Position numbers and translations under genes: made by a program. The notes under the pieces are model-generated. The model was not told where the DNA came from. It ran no database searches and saw only the letters and a program-made list of their open reading frames with translations. Positions 1 to 13,809 of a stretch of 64,000 nucleotides of DNA are shown here, piece after piece; the first letter of the stretch is position 1, and each line of letters begins with the position of its first letter. The stretch lies in the NCBI RefSeq assembly GCF_003334765.1, contig NZ_QOWT01000014.1; one strand, 5' to 3'. The DNA is from Escherichia coli. Its GTDB lineage: Bacteria > Pseudomonadota > Gammaproteobacteria > Enterobacterales > Enterobacteriaceae.

Positions 1-1306
1 GGTTTTGATGTTACCCAAGCTCGATTCACGCCAGATGACCGAGCTTCTGGATAGCGAACAGCGTCAGGGGCTGATGATTGAGCAGCATGTCGAAGCGGAG
101 CTGGCGAACGATCCGCCCAACGATTTAATGTGGTGGCGGCGTCTGTTCCGGGCGATTGATAAGTGGGCACCGCCAGGACAGCGTTTGTTATTGGTGACCA
201 CCGAAGGCCGCGTGATCGGCGCTGAACGCAGCGAAATGCAGATCATTCGTAACTTTATTGGTCAGGCCGATAACGCCGATCATCCGCAGAAGAAAAAGTA
301 TGGCCGCGTGGAACTGGTCGGTCCGTTCTCCGTGCGTGATGGCGAAGATAATTACCAACTTTATCTGATTCGTCCGGCCAGCAGTTCTCAATCCGATTTC
401 ATTAACTTACTGTTTGACCGCCCGCTATTACTGCTGATTGTCACCATGTTGGTCAGTACGCCGCTGCTGTTGTGGTTGGCCTGGAGTCTGGCAAAACCGG
501 CGCGTAAGCTGAAAAACGCTGCCGATGAAGTTGCCCAGGGAAACTTACGCCAGCACCCGGAACTGGAAGCGGGGCCACAGGAATTCCTTGCCGCAGGTGC
601 CAGTTTTAACCAGATGGTCACCGCGCTGGAGCGCATGATGACCTCTCAGCAGCGTCTGCTTTCTGATATCTCTCACGAGCTGCGCACCCCGCTGACGCGT
701 CTGCAACTGGGTACGGCGTTACTGCGCCGTCGTAGCGGTGAAAGCAAGGAACTGGAGCGTATTGAAACCGAAGCGCAACGTCTGGACAGCATGATCAACG
801 ATCTGTTGGTGATGTCACGTAATCAGCAAAAAAACGCGCTGGTTAGCGAAACCATCAAAGCCAACCAGTTGTGGAGTGAAGTGCTGGATAACGCGGCGTT
901 CGAAGCCGAGCAAATGGGCAAGTCGTTGACAGTTAACTTCCCGCCTGGGCCGTGGCCGCTGTACGGCAATCCGAACGCCCTGGAAAGTGCGCTGGAAAAC
1001 ATTGTTCGTAATGCTCTGCGTTATTCCCATACGAAGATTGAAGTGGGCTTTGCGGTAGATAAAGACGGTATCACCATTACGGTGGACGACGATGGTCCTG
1101 GCGTTAGCCCGGAAGATCGCGAACAGATTTTCCGTCCGTTCTATCGTACCGATGAAGCACGCGATCGTGAATCTGGCGGTACAGGTTTGGGGCTGGCGAT
1201 TGTTGAAACCGCCATTCAGCAGCATCGTGGCTGGGTGAAGGCAGAAGACAGCCCGCTGGGCGGTTTACGGCTGGTGATTTGGTTGCCGCTGTATAAGCGG
1301 AGTTAA
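1..1306 (+). CDS. cpxA: Sensor histidine kinase CpxA, 5'-truncated at window edge (about 24 N-terminal codons missing)
   Basis: ORF in frame from base 2 to stop at 1304-1306; translation has HisKA H-box (SHELRTPL) and HATPase G-boxes (DDDGPGV, GGTGLGLAIV); matches remembered CpxA C-terminal 433 aa. Confidence 0.95.
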   Translation, partial: VLMLPKLDSRQMTELLDSEQRQGLMIEQHVEAELANDPPNDLMWWRRLFRAIDKWAPPGQRLLLVTTEGRVIGAERSEMQIIRNFIGQADNADHPQKKKYGRVELVGPFSVRDGEDNYQLYLIRPASSSQSDFINLLFDRPLLLLIVTMLVSTPLLLWLAWSLAKPARKLKNAADEVAQGNLRQHPELEAGPQEFLAAGASFNQMVTALERMMTSQQRLLSDISHELRTPLTRLQLGTALLRRRSGESKELERIETEAQRLDSMINDLLVMSRNQQKNALVSETIKANQLWSEVLDNAAFEAEQMGKSLTVNFPPGPWPLYGNPNALESALENIVRNALRYSHTKIEVGFAVDKDGITITVDDDGPGVSPEDREQIFRPFYRTDEARDRESGGTGLGLAIVETAIQQHRGWVKAEDSPLGGLRLVIWLPLYKRS

Positions 1307-1321
1307 ACTTCGCATTTGCAG

Positions 1322-1402
1322 GCAGGATAAGGCGTTTACGCCGCATCCGGCATTTGAGCAGGATGCCTGATGCGACGCTGATAGCGTCTTATCAGGCCTA
1401 CA
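1322..1402. repeat. REP/BIME palindromic elements (two inverted REP copies)
   Basis: ggataaggcgtttacgccgcatccggca and tgcctgatgcgacgc...gtcttatcaggccta in the cpxA-yiiM convergent gap. Confidence 0.85.
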
Positions 1403-1411
1403 CTCCGGGGG

Positions 1412-2086
1412 TTATTTTCCCCACAACCGGCGGGAAAAATCTTCGATCTTGCCGCTCAGTCGGCGCTTTTGCATCGTCCGCGTCCAGCTTTTCGATAACC
1501 CGGCAGCGGAGAGTAAACGGTGATATTGATCGTCATCAAACGGCATATGCCATGCGATGGCGGCAGCCTCCTGCACGGTCACATCGCTGACACGGGAAAC
1601 CAACTCCAGCGGCGCGTCCGCAGACACTTTCCCTGGCGCTATCACGCTATACAACCACCCCACCTTACCTGTGTTTTGCATCAACTGCGCTATATCGCTG
1701 ATATCAAAATGGTAATTGAGTTTATAGCAAGGCGAGCGCGGCTGGCTGACCTGAATTAATGCCTCTCCCCAGCGGAAAATATCGCCCATATAAACATTAC
1801 TTTCCGTCAGGCCGTCGGTTGAGAGGTTTTCACCAAACGCAGGCGCAACAAACAACTCCGCCTGTTCCGGAAATTCCCGCGCCCAGTAGAGATAATGCTC
1901 ACGAGGATAATGACACAGCGCTCTGTCTGGCCCGCCGTGAACCTTTTTCTCCGCCTGCTCGTCACCTTCCAGCCCCAGCTCCGTCAGCATCAACTCACCA
2001 TCAACCTGGATTTTAGCAATTGCGCTGGGTTTGCCTTCGGGATAAGCCTGAATCTTGCCTGTGTATACATCAACCGGATATCGCAT
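1412..2086 (-). CDS. yiiM: MOSC-domain protein YiiM
   Basis: Track ORF 1412..2116; start chosen at internal Met (MRYPVDVYTGK...) with GGAGAGGGAA Shine-Dalgarno upstream; 224 aa. Confidence 0.88.
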   Translation of the reverse strand: MRYPVDVYTGKIQAYPEGKPSAIAKIQVDGELMLTELGLEGDEQAEKKVHGGPDRALCHYPREHYLYWAREFPEQAELFVAPAFGENLSTDGLTESNVYMGDIFRWGEALIQVSQPRSPCYKLNYHFDISDIAQLMQNTGKVGWLYSVIAPGKVSADAPLELVSRVSDVTVQEAAAIAWHMPFDDDQYHRLLSAAGLSKSWTRTMQKRRLSGKIEDFSRRLWGK

Positions 2087-2234
2087 CTGTTCCCTCTCCA
2101 CGAGAAATTTCCCCATTAGACCATATTTATTTTATGTCAGGCGTGCTGTTTTCGCGGTAAGTATCCAGGCAGGAACTCAATAGCAAACCGGACGAACGTT
2201 AGTTCATCCGGCTGTGGGGATTAAGGAAGCAGGT

Positions 2235-3218
2235 TTATTTCACCGTACCTAAAATTTCGATTTTCGCTGCTCTGGCTTTGACTTTACGTGACCAGATAGA
2301 GGTAAGAATTGGCACCAGAATCGAAGTCACAATGACCGCCGTCGCTACCAGCGAAGTTGCTGCCGGAGCCATCGGTTTAAACGCAGGCACCATTTCTGCA
2401 ATCAGCACAGGTGTCGCTACCGCGGCCCCTGCGGAACTGGAAGCGGCAATTCCGGCAGTGCCATCGCCACCGCCAATCAATTTATCGGCGATAATCAACG
2501 GAATACCGGTCACGATAATTACTGCCACACCCAACAGGATCCCCAGCAAACCAGTCTGGGCAATCACAGTCAAATCAATGGTATTGCCCAGCGCGAAGGC
2601 AAAGAATGGAATCAGCGTTTGCACCGCTTTGCTGAAAAATTCTCGCAATTCAGGGTCAAGGTTCCCCAGGGCAAAGCCCACCAGGAACGGTAATACTGCG
2701 CCGACGAAAACATGCGGTTCAAACGAGGCAATCCCGGCAGTGCCCAGAATAATCATCGTCATGAGCGGCCCGGACTCCAACGACATCAACACAAATGCCC
2801 CAGCTTCTTCTTTTGTGCCGTACTGCTGCATGATGGAAGCGTAAAGTCCGCCATTGGTCATATCCATCGCCGCCACCAGCGCCAGCGTTGAAAGTCCGGC
2901 AAAGAATCCAACTTCAACACCATGTTCCGGAATAATACGCGAGGCAATTGCCGCAACCACCCACGCGACGGCAATTTTAGTTACCACCAGCGTACCGGAT
3001 TTACGCAGTACCGTTCCCGTCGCGCTTAATTTTATTGACGCCCCCATGCAAAAAAACCACACCGCCAGAATGGGCACCGTACCGGTAATCATCCCGTTGG
3101 TGAATGATCCAAAATATTTCCCCGCCCCCGGCGAGAAGGTGTGGCACAGTGCGCCAAGGAATAGCGGGACGAGCATCATCCCCCCCGGGATTTTCTCAAT
3201 CGAGCGTTTTATCTGCAT
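2235..3218 (-). CDS. kdgT: 2-keto-3-deoxygluconate permease
   Basis: Track ORF 2235..3227; polytopic membrane protein starting [13 protein letters not shown]; 327 aa. Confidence 0.9.
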
Positions 3219-3393
3219 TTCCATCACCTGTCGGCATATTTTTAAGGGCTGATGCGTAATTCCTCAATGGAGCATCAGTGTTGATGGAAACGAAGATAGA
3301 CATTCATTTAATCAATAAAAGTGATCAAAACCACATCAATTGAAACGCTGTTTTATTTTTATCGGATCATTGTTTTTATTTTGAAATTGATCA

Positions 3394-3421
3394 CAAAAAA
3401 ACCACCGCCGTTGGCGATGGT
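3394..3421 (-). terminator. Intrinsic terminator downstream of sodA
   Basis: On minus strand CCATCGCC-aacg-GGCGGTGG hairpin followed by TTTTTTT, about 60 nt past the sodA stop. Confidence 0.7.
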
Positions 3422-3477
3422 TCATTTTTTAAGCTGATATGCGGCCTATACGCCTCATTGCAGCAGGCGGCAAATGA

Positions 3478-4098
3478 TTATTTTTTCGCCGCAAAACGTG
3501 CCGCTGCTTCGTCCCAGTTCACCACGTTCCAGAACTCTTTAATGTAGTCCGGACGGCGGTTCTGGAATTTCAGGTAGTAAGCATGTTCCCACACATCCAG
3601 GCCCATAATCGGGAAGCCGGAAGCGCCAGAAATAGCTTCACCCATCAGCGGAGAATCCTGGTTAGCAGTAGAAACCACCGCCAGTTTATCGCCTTTCAGC
3701 ACCAGCCATGCCCAGCCGGAACCAAAGCGGGAAGCTGCCGCTTTTTCAAATTCTGCTTTGAAGTTATCAACGGAGCCGAAGTCACGTTCGATAGCCGCTT
3801 TCAGGTCACCCTGCAGGGTGGTGCCTTTTTTCAGACCTTTCCAGAACAGGCTGTGGTTAGCGTGACCGCCAGCGTTGTTGCGCAGTACGGTTTTCTTGTC
3901 TGCTGGCAGCTGGTCCAGTTTGGTGATCAGCTCTTCAACCGGCAGGTTGGCAAATTCTGGCAGGCTTTCCAGCGCCGCGTTGGCGTTGTTTACGTAGGTC
4001 TGATGGTGTTTGGTGTGGTGGATTTCCATGGTCTGCTTATCGAAGTGCGGTTCCAGGGCATCGTAAGCATACGGCAGGGATGGCAGGGTATAGCTCAT
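3478..4098 (-). CDS. sodA: Manganese superoxide dismutase
   Basis: Translation [38 protein letters not shown]...; Fe/Mn-SOD family; 206 aa. Confidence 0.96.
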   Translation of the reverse strand: MSYTLPSLPYAYDALEPHFDKQTMEIHHTKHHQTYVNNANAALESLPEFANLPVEELITKLDQLPADKKTVLRNNAGGHANHSLFWKGLKKGTTLQGDLKAAIERDFGSVDNFKAEFEKAAASRFGSGWAWLVLKGDKLAVVSTANQDSPLMGEAISGASGFPIMGLDVWEHAYYLKFQNRRPDYIKEFWNVVNWDEAAARFAAKK

Positions 4099-4170
4099 AT
4101 TCATCTCCAGTATTGTCGGGCGGCCGATTGTTAATGCCGCGTAAGCAGTTGGTTCATTATAGTTAATTAA

Positions 4171-4192
4171 ATGATATTGAAAATGATTATCA
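4171..4192 (-). promoter_or_regulatory. Fur box (iron box) in sodA promoter region
   Basis: Minus-strand sequence GATAATCATTTTCAATATCAT resembles the Fur consensus GATAATGATAATCATTATC; lies about 70-95 nt upstream of sodA ATG. Confidence 0.6.
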
Positions 4193-4382
4193 ATGCCGTA
4201 CTTTTCGTAAGGGTATGGTTTTGCAGGAAAATGCCCGAGATGTGAAGCAAATCACCCACTTAATGCCGTGATTGCCAGTAAATCGACAACGGCGGCAACA
4301 GGCGAAAGGTTAATCGACAGCACGATTTTTACACTCATCTCGTCGGAGATGTGACGCGACGAAAAATGATGAGGATAAGAAG

Positions 4383-5417
4383 ATGAGTAACGCGATTACG
4401 ATGGGGATATTTTGGCATTTGATCGGCGCGGCCAGTGCAGCCTGTTTTTACGCTCCGTTCAAAAAAGTAAAAAAATGGTCATGGGAAACCATGTGGTCAG
4501 TCGGTGGGATTGTTTCGTGGATTATTCTGCCGTGGGCCATCAGCGCCCTGTTACTACCGAATTTCTGGGCGTATTACAGCTCGTTTAGTCTCTCTACGCT
4601 ACTGCCTGTTTTTCTGTTCGGCGCTATGTGGGGGATCGGTAATATCAACTACGGCCTGACCATGCGTTATCTCGGCATGTCGATGGGAATTGGCATCGCC
4701 ATTGGCATTACGTTGATTGTCGGTACGCTGATGACGCCAATTATCAACGGCAATTTCGATGTGTTGATTAGCACCGAAGGCGGACGCATGACGTTGCTCG
4801 GCGTTCTGGTGGCGCTGATTGGCGTAGGGATTGTAACTCGCGCCGGGCAGTTGAAAGAGCGCAAGATGGGCATTAAAGCCGAAGAGTTCAATCTGAAAAA
4901 AGGGCTGGTGCTGGCGGTGATGTGCGGCATTTTCTCTGCCGGGATGTCCTTTGCGATGAACGCCGCAAAACCGATGCATGAAGCCGCTGCCGCACTTGGC
5001 GTCGATCCACTGTATGTCGCTCTGCCAAGCTATGTTGTCATCATGGGCGGCGGCGCGATCATTAACCTCGGTTTCTGTTTTATTCGTCTGGCAAAAGTGA
5101 AGGATTTGTCGCTAAAAGCCGACTTCTCGCTGGCAAAATCGCTGATCATTCACAATGTGTTACTCTCGACACTGGGCGGGTTGATGTGGTATCTGCAATT
5201 CTTTTTCTATGCCTGGGGCCACGCCCGCATTCCGGCGCAGTATGACTACATCAGTTGGATGCTGCATATGAGTTTCTATGTATTGTGCGGCGGTATCGTC
5301 GGGCTGGTGCTGAAAGAGTGGAACAATGCAGGACGCCGTCCGGTAACGGTGTTGAGCCTCGGTTGTGTGGTGATTATTGTCGCCGCTAACATCGTCGGCA
5401 TCGGCATGGCGAATTAA
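4383..5417 (+). CDS. rhaT: L-rhamnose-proton symporter
   Basis: 344 aa polytopic membrane protein [28 protein letters not shown]... Confidence 0.95.
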   Translation: MSNAITMGIFWHLIGAASAACFYAPFKKVKKWSWETMWSVGGIVSWIILPWAISALLLPNFWAYYSSFSLSTLLPVFLFGAMWGIGNINYGLTMRYLGMSMGIGIAIGITLIVGTLMTPIINGNFDVLISTEGGRMTLLGVLVALIGVGIVTRAGQLKERKMGIKAEEFNLKKGLVLAVMCGIFSAGMSFAMNAAKPMHEAAAALGVDPLYVALPSYVVIMGGGAIINLGFCFIRLAKVKDLSLKADFSLAKSLIIHNVLLSTLGGLMWYLQFFFYAWGHARIPAQYDYISWMLHMSFYVLCGGIVGLVLKEWNNAGRRPVTVLSLGCVVIIVAANIVGIGMAN

Positions 5418-6262
5418 TCTTTCTGCAAATTGAGATGACGCCACTGGCTGGGCGTCATCCCGGTTTCCCGGGTAAACACCACCGAAAAATAGTTACTATC
5501 TTCAAAGCCACATTCGGTCGAAATATCACTGATTAACAGGCGGCTATGCTGGAGAAGATATTGCGCATGACACACTCTGACCTGTCGCAGATATTGATTG
5601 ATGGTCATTCCAGTCTGCTGGCGAAATTGCTGACGCAAAACGCGCTCACTGCACGATGCCTCATCACAAAATTTATCCAGCGCAAAGGGACTTTTCAGGC
5701 TAGCCGCCAGCCGGGTAATCAGCTTATCCAGCAACGTTTCGCTGGATGTTGGCGGCAACGAATCACTGGTGTAACGATGGCGATTCAGCAACATCACCAA
5801 CTGCCCGAACAGCAACTCAGCCATTTCGTTAGCAAACGGCACATGCTGACTACTTTCATGCTCAAGCTGACCGATAACCTGCCGCGCCTGCGCCATCCCC
5901 ATGCTACCTAAGCGCCAGTGTGGTTGCCCTGCGCTGGCGTTAAATCCCGGAATCGCCCCCTGCCAGTCAAGATTCAGCTTCAGACGCTCCGGGCAATAAA
6001 TAATATTCTGCAAAACCAGATCGTTAACGGAAGCGTAGGAGTGTTTATCGTCAGCATGAATGTAAAAGAGATCGCCACGGGTAATGCGATAAGGGCGATC
6101 GTTGAGTACATGCAGGCCATTACCGCGCCAGACAATCACCAGCTCACAAAAATCATGTGTATGTTCAGCAAAGACATCTTGCGGATAACGGTCAGCCACA
6201 GCGACTGCCTGCTGGTCGCTGGCAAAAAAATCATCTTTGAGAAGTTTTAACTGATGCGCCAC
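5414..6262 (-). CDS. rhaR: AraC-family activator RhaR (282-aa form; the in-frame Met at 6352 would give a 312-aa form)
   Basis: Track ORF 5414..6436 runs 100 nt into rhaS and is over-extended; C-terminal AraC HTH region recognised; start chosen at GTG 6260-6262 (…[13 protein letters not shown]) from memory of the corrected RhaR N-terminus. Confidence 0.82.
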   Translation of the reverse strand: MAHQLKLLKDDFFASDQQAVAVADRYPQDVFAEHTHDFCELVIVWRGNGLHVLNDRPYRITRGDLFYIHADDKHSYASVNDLVLQNIIYCPERLKLNLDWQGAIPGFNASAGQPHWRLGSMGMAQARQVIGQLEHESSQHVPFANEMAELLFGQLVMLLNRHRYTSDSLPPTSSETLLDKLITRLAASLKSPFALDKFCDEASCSERVLRQQFRQQTGMTINQYLRQVRVCHAQYLLQHSRLLISDISTECGFEDSNYFSVVFTRETGMTPSQWRHLNLQKD

Positions 6263-6335
6263 CGTGGCTACCTCGGCCAGAGAACGAAGTTGATTATTCG
6301 CAATATGGCGTACAAATACGTTGAGAAGATTCGCG

Positions 6336-7172
6336 TTATTGCAGAAAGCCATCCCGTCCCTGGCGAATATCACGCGGTGACCAGTTAAACTCTCGGCGAA
6401 AAAGCGTCGAAAAGTGGTTACTGTCGCTGAATCCATAGCGATAGGCGATGTCAGTAACGCTGGCCTCGCTGTGGCGTAGCAGATGTCGGGCTTTCATCAG
6501 TCGCAGGCGGTTCAGGTATCGCTGAGGCGTCAGTCCCGTTTGCTGCTTAAGCTGCCGATGTAGCGTACGCAGTGAAAGAGAAAATTGATCCGCCACGGCA
6601 TCCCAATTCACCTCATCGGCAAAATGGTCCTCCAGCCAGGCCAGAAGCAAGTTGAGACGTGATGCGCTGTTTTCCAGGTTCTCCTGCAAACTGCTTTTAC
6701 ACAGCAAGAGCAGTAATTGCATAAACAAGATCTCGCGACTGGCGGTCGAGGGTAAATCATTTTCCCCTTCCTGCTGTTCCATCTGTGCAACCAGCTGTCG
6801 CACCTGCTGCAATACGCTGTGGTTAACGCGCCAGTGAGACGGATACTGCCCATCCAGCTCTTGTGGCAGCAACTGATTCAGCCCGGCGAGAAACTGAAAT
6901 CGATCCGGCGAGCGATACAGCACATTGGTCAGACACAGATTATCGGTATGTTCATACAGATGCCGATCATGATCGCGTACGAAACAGACCGTGCCACCGG
7001 TGATGGTATAGGGCTGCCCATTAAACACATGAATACCCGTGCCATGTTCGACAATCACAATTTCATGAAAATCATGATGATGTTCAGGAAAATCCGCCTG
7101 CGGGAGCCGGGGTTCTATCGCCACGGACGCGTTACCAGACGGAAAAAAATCCACACTATGTAATACGGTCAT
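6336..7172 (-). CDS. rhaS: AraC-family activator RhaS
   Basis: 278 aa [44 protein letters not shown]... Confidence 0.94.
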   Translation of the reverse strand: MTVLHSVDFFPSGNASVAIEPRLPQADFPEHHHDFHEIVIVEHGTGIHVFNGQPYTITGGTVCFVRDHDRHLYEHTDNLCLTNVLYRSPDRFQFLAGLNQLLPQELDGQYPSHWRVNHSVLQQVRQLVAQMEQQEGENDLPSTASREILFMQLLLLLCKSSLQENLENSASRLNLLLAWLEDHFADEVNWDAVADQFSLSLRTLHRQLKQQTGLTPQRYLNRLRLMKARHLLRHSEASVTDIAYRYGFSDSNHFSTLFRREFNWSPRDIRQGRDGFLQ

Positions 7173-10185
<3,013 letters not shown>

Positions 10186-10430
10186 ACACTGCCGGATGCG
10201 GCGCGAGCGCCTTATCCGGCCTACGGGTCGGCAACAGTTGTAGGCCTGATAAGACGCGACAGCGTCGCATCAGGCATTGATTGCCGGATGCGGCACAAGT
10301 GCCTTATCCGGCCTACAGGTCGGCAATAGTTGTAGGCCTGATAAGACGCGACAGCGTCGCATCAGGCATTGATTGCCGGATGCGGCGCGAGCGCCTTATC
10401 CGGCCTACGGGTCGTGCATCCGACAACACC
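10186..10430. repeat. BIME: tandem array of about 2.5 units of a 92-bp REP-containing repeat
   Basis: ccggatgcggcgcgagcgccttatccggcctacgggtcggcaacagttgtaggcctgataagacgcgacagcgtcgcatcaggcattgattg repeats starting at 10192, 10284, 10376 with a few substitutions. Confidence 0.9.
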
Positions 10431-10451
10431 GAATTTACAGGAACACAGAAC

Positions 10452-11276
10452 ATGCAAAACATTACTCAGTCCTGGTTTGTCCAGGGAATGATCAAAGCCA
10501 CCACCGACGCCTGGCTGAAAGGCTGGGATGAGCGCAACGGCGGCAACCTGACGCTACGCCTGGATGACGCCGATATCGCACCATATCACGACAATTTCCA
10601 CCAACAACCGCGCTATATCCCGCTCAGCCAGCCCATGCCTTTACTGGCAAATACACCGTTTATTGTCACCGGCTCGGGCAAATTCTTCCGTAACGTCCAG
10701 CTTGATCCTGCGGCTAACTTAGGCATCGTAAAAGTCGACAGCGACGGCGCGGGCTACCACATTCTTTGGGGGTTAACCAACGAAGCCGTCCCCACTTCCG
10801 AACTTCCGGCTCACTTCCTTTCCCACTGCGAGCGCATTAAAGCCACCAACGGCAAAGATCGGGTGATCATGCACTGCCACGCCACCAACCTGATCGCCCT
10901 CACCTATGTACTTGAAAACGACACCGCGGTCTTCACTCGCCAACTGTGGGAAGGCAGCACCGAGTGTCTGGTGGTATTCCCGGATGGCGTTGGCATTTTG
11001 CCGTGGATGGTGCCCGGCACGGACGAAATCGGCCAGGCGACCGCACAAGAGATGCAAAAACATTCGCTGGTGTTGTGGCCCTTCCACGGCGTCTTCGGCA
11101 GCGGACCGACGCTGGATGAAACCTTCGGTTTAATCGACACCGCAGAAAAATCAGCACAAGTATTAGTGAAGGTTTATTCGATGGGCGGCATGAAACAGAC
11201 CATCAGCCGTGAAGAGTTGATAGCGCTCGGCAAGCGTTTCGGCGTTACGCCACTCGCCAGTGCGCTGGCGCTGTAA
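10452..11276 (+). CDS. rhaD: Rhamnulose-1-phosphate aldolase
   Basis: Track ORF 10281..11276 is over-extended into the BIME; start at ATG 10452 ([25 protein letters not shown]...); class II aldolase; 274 aa. Confidence 0.93.
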
Positions 11277-11285
11277 GGAGCAAAC

Positions 11286-11600
11286 ATGATCCGCAAAGCC
11301 TTTGTCATGCAGGTAAACCCCGACGCCCACGAAGAGTATCAGCGTCGGCATAATCCCATCTGGCCAGAACTGGAAGCAGTGCTGAAATCTCACGGTGCGC
11401 ATAACTACGCCATCTATCTCGACAAAGCGCGTAATCTGCTGTTTGCCATGGTAGAGATTGAATCTGAAGAACGCTGGAATGCGGTTGCCAGCACTGATGT
11501 TTGCCAACGTTGGTGGAAATATATGACCGATGTTATGCCCGCTAACCCGGATAACAGCCCGGTGAGTAGCGAGCTGCAAGAAGTGTTTTACCTGCCGTAA
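11286..11600 (+). CDS. rhaM: L-rhamnose mutarotase
   Basis: 104 aa [37 protein letters not shown]... Confidence 0.9.
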
Positions 11601-11900
11601 TTGCCCAATGTGCCAGAGATGCCTCCGGCACAATATTTTAAATTTCGATTTGAAAAATTAAACATATTACATCTCCCGGTAAGTTATATTTCCCTGATAC
11701 ATTGTGAGTAAATCACAAAAATAATGAATAACCCATTAATGATTCATGTGGTTTATTTAAATAACCATTATGTGCATTACTCCGCAAATCTGACCTTTCA
11801 CTCTGTCTCAAATTGTCATTGTTTACCGACATATCGCCTCTCATCACTTAATCGCTCCACCATTACAATTGATTAAAATATATTTTATGGAGTCCGATTA

Positions 11901-12347
11901 ATGGCAGCTCTTACTGCAAGCTGTATTGACCTGAATATTCAGGGCAATGGCGCTTATTCCGTTCTGAAGCAGTTGGCGACAATAGCGTTACAAAACGGTT
12001 TTATCACCGACTCACACCAGTTCCTGCAAACCCTGCTGCTGCGCGAAAAAATGCACTCTACTGGATTTGGTTCCGGTGTCGCCGTGCCGCACGGTAAAAG
12101 CGCCTGCGTTAAACAACCGTTCGTATTATTCGCCCGCAAAGCGCAGGCTATTGACTGGAAAGCCAGCGATGGCGAAGACGTCAATTGCTGGATCTGCCTC
12201 GGCGTGCCGCAAAGCGGCGAAGAGGATCAGGTCAAAATCATCGGCACACTGTGTCGCAAAATTATTCACAAGGAATTTATTCATCAACTGCAACAGGGCG
12301 ATACCGACCAGGTGCTTGCCTTGTTAAATCAAACCCTCAGCTCATAA
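11901..12347 (+). CDS. frvA: PTS fructose-like EIIA component
   Basis: 148 aa with the EIIA(Fru/Mtl/Ntr)-type phosphorylation region (GVAVPHGKS). Confidence 0.88.
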   Translation: MAALTASCIDLNIQGNGAYSVLKQLATIALQNGFITDSHQFLQTLLLREKMHSTGFGSGVAVPHGKSACVKQPFVLFARKAQAIDWKASDGEDVNCWICLGVPQSGEEDQVKIIGTLCRKIIHKEFIHQLQQGDTDQVLALLNQTLSS

Positions 12348-12357
12348 GGAAGTGGCG

Positions 12358-13809
12358 ATGGAGCCATCCTTACGTATTGTCGCGATCACCAACTGCCCCG
12401 CCGGGATCGCTCACACCTACATGGTGGCGGAAGCCCTGGAACAGAAAGCCCGTTCTCTCGGTCATACCATAAAAGTGGAAACTCAAGGGTCCAGTGGCGT
12501 TGAAAACCGCTTATCCAGCGAAGAGATTGCCGCTGCCGATTACGTCATTCTCGCTACCGGGCGTGGCCTGAGCGGTGATGATCGCGCGCGGTTTGCCGGG
12601 AAGAAAGTTTATGAGATTGCCATCTCCCAGGCGTTGAAAAATATCGACCAGATTTTCAGCGAATTACCGACAAACTCGCAGCTTTTTGCCGCAGATAGCG
12701 GCGTGAAGCTTGGCAAACAGGAAGTGCAAAGCGGTAGCGTGATGAGCCACCTGATGGCGGGCGTCTCTGCGGCGCTGCCGTTTGTCATCGGCGGTGGTAT
12801 CCTGGTGGCGCTTGCCAACATGCTGGTGCAGTTCGGTTTGCCGTATACCGATATGTCGAAAGGCGCGCCGTCGTTTACCTGGGTAGTTGAATCCATCGGT
12901 TACCTTGGCTTCACCTTTATGATCCCCATCATGGGCGCTTATATTGCCTCGTCGATTGCCGATAAACCGGCTTTCGCTCCGGCGTTTCTGGTTTGCTATC
13001 TGGCGAACGACAAAGCGCTGCTCGGCACCCAGTCGGGTGCGGGATTCCTCGGCGCGGTGGTGCTGGGGCTGGCGATTGGCTATTTCGTCTTCTGGTTCCG
13101 CAAAGTGCGCCTTGGCAAAGCATTACAACCGCTGCTCGGTTCAATGCTGATCCCGTTCGTTACTCTGCTGGTTTTCGGCGTGCTCACTTACTACGTTATC
13201 GGGCCGGTGATGTCCGACCTCATGGGCGGGCTGCTCCACTTCCTGAATACCATTCCTCCATCAATGAAGTTTGCGGCAGCGTTTCTGGTCGGTGCGATGC
13301 TGGCGTTCGATATGGGCGGCCCCATCAATAAAACCGCCTGGTTCTTCTGCTTCTCACTGCTGGAAAAACACATTTATGACTGGTACGCCATCGTCGGCGT
13401 TGTCGCGCTGATGCCGCCCGTCGCGGCGGGTCTTGCGACGTTCATTGCGCCCAAACTGTTTACCCGACAGGAAAAAGAGGCTGCCAGTAGTGCCATTGTG
13501 GTCGGTGCCACAGTCGCAACCGAACCGGCTATTCCTTACGCTCTGGCAGCTCCGTTGCCGATGATTACCGCCAATACGCTGGCGGGCGGCATTACCGGCG
13601 TGCTGGTGATCGCTTTCGGAATCAAACGTCTGGCACCTGGTTTGGGTATCTTTGACCCGCTGATCGGCCTGATGTCGCCGGTGGGTTCGTTTTATCTGGT
13701 GCTGGCGATTGGCCTCGCGCTGAACATTTCATTCATTATCGTCCTGAAAGGATTGTGGTTACGCCGCAAAGCGAAAGCCGCGCAACAGGAGCTTGTCCAT
13801 GAACATTGA
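12358..13809 (+). CDS. frvB: PTS fructose-like EIIBC component
   Basis: Track ORF 12352..13809 begins at GTG; ATG at 12358 has AAGGA 7 nt upstream; N-terminal IIB domain (ITNCPAGIAHTYM) then polytopic IIC domain; 483 aa. Confidence 0.88.
   Translation: MEPSLRIVAITNCPAGIAHTYMVAEALEQKARSLGHTIKVETQGSSGVENRLSSEEIAAADYVILATGRGLSGDDRARFAGKKVYEIAISQALKNIDQIFSELPTNSQLFAADSGVKLGKQEVQSGSVMSHLMAGVSAALPFVIGGGILVALANMLVQFGLPYTDMSKGAPSFTWVVESIGYLGFTFMIPIMGAYIASSIADKPAFAPAFLVCYLANDKALLGTQSGAGFLGAVVLGLAIGYFVFWFRKVRLGKALQPLLGSMLIPFVTLLVFGVLTYYVIGPVMSDLMGGLLHFLNTIPPSMKFAAAFLVGAMLAFDMGGPINKTAWFFCFSLLEKHIYDWYAIVGVVALMPPVAAGLATFIAPKLFTRQEKEAASSAIVVGATVATEPAIPYALAAPLPMITANTLAGGITGVLVIAFGIKRLAPGLGIFDPLIGLMSPVGSFYLVLAIGLALNISFIIVLKGLWLRRKAKAAQQELVHEH

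Noticed and set aside
10186-10430. Possible CRISPR array (tandem direct repeats)
   Set aside because: Units are about 92 bp, contain REP palindromes and have no unique spacers between short repeats; no cas genes anywhere in the window. This is a BIME, not CRISPR.
10281-10451. N-terminal extension of rhaD in the track ORF 10281..11276
   Set aside because: The extension is translated from BIME/REP repeats (repetitive PYPAYRS…[15 protein letters not shown] peptide); the real start is the ATG at 10452 matching the RhaD N-terminus.
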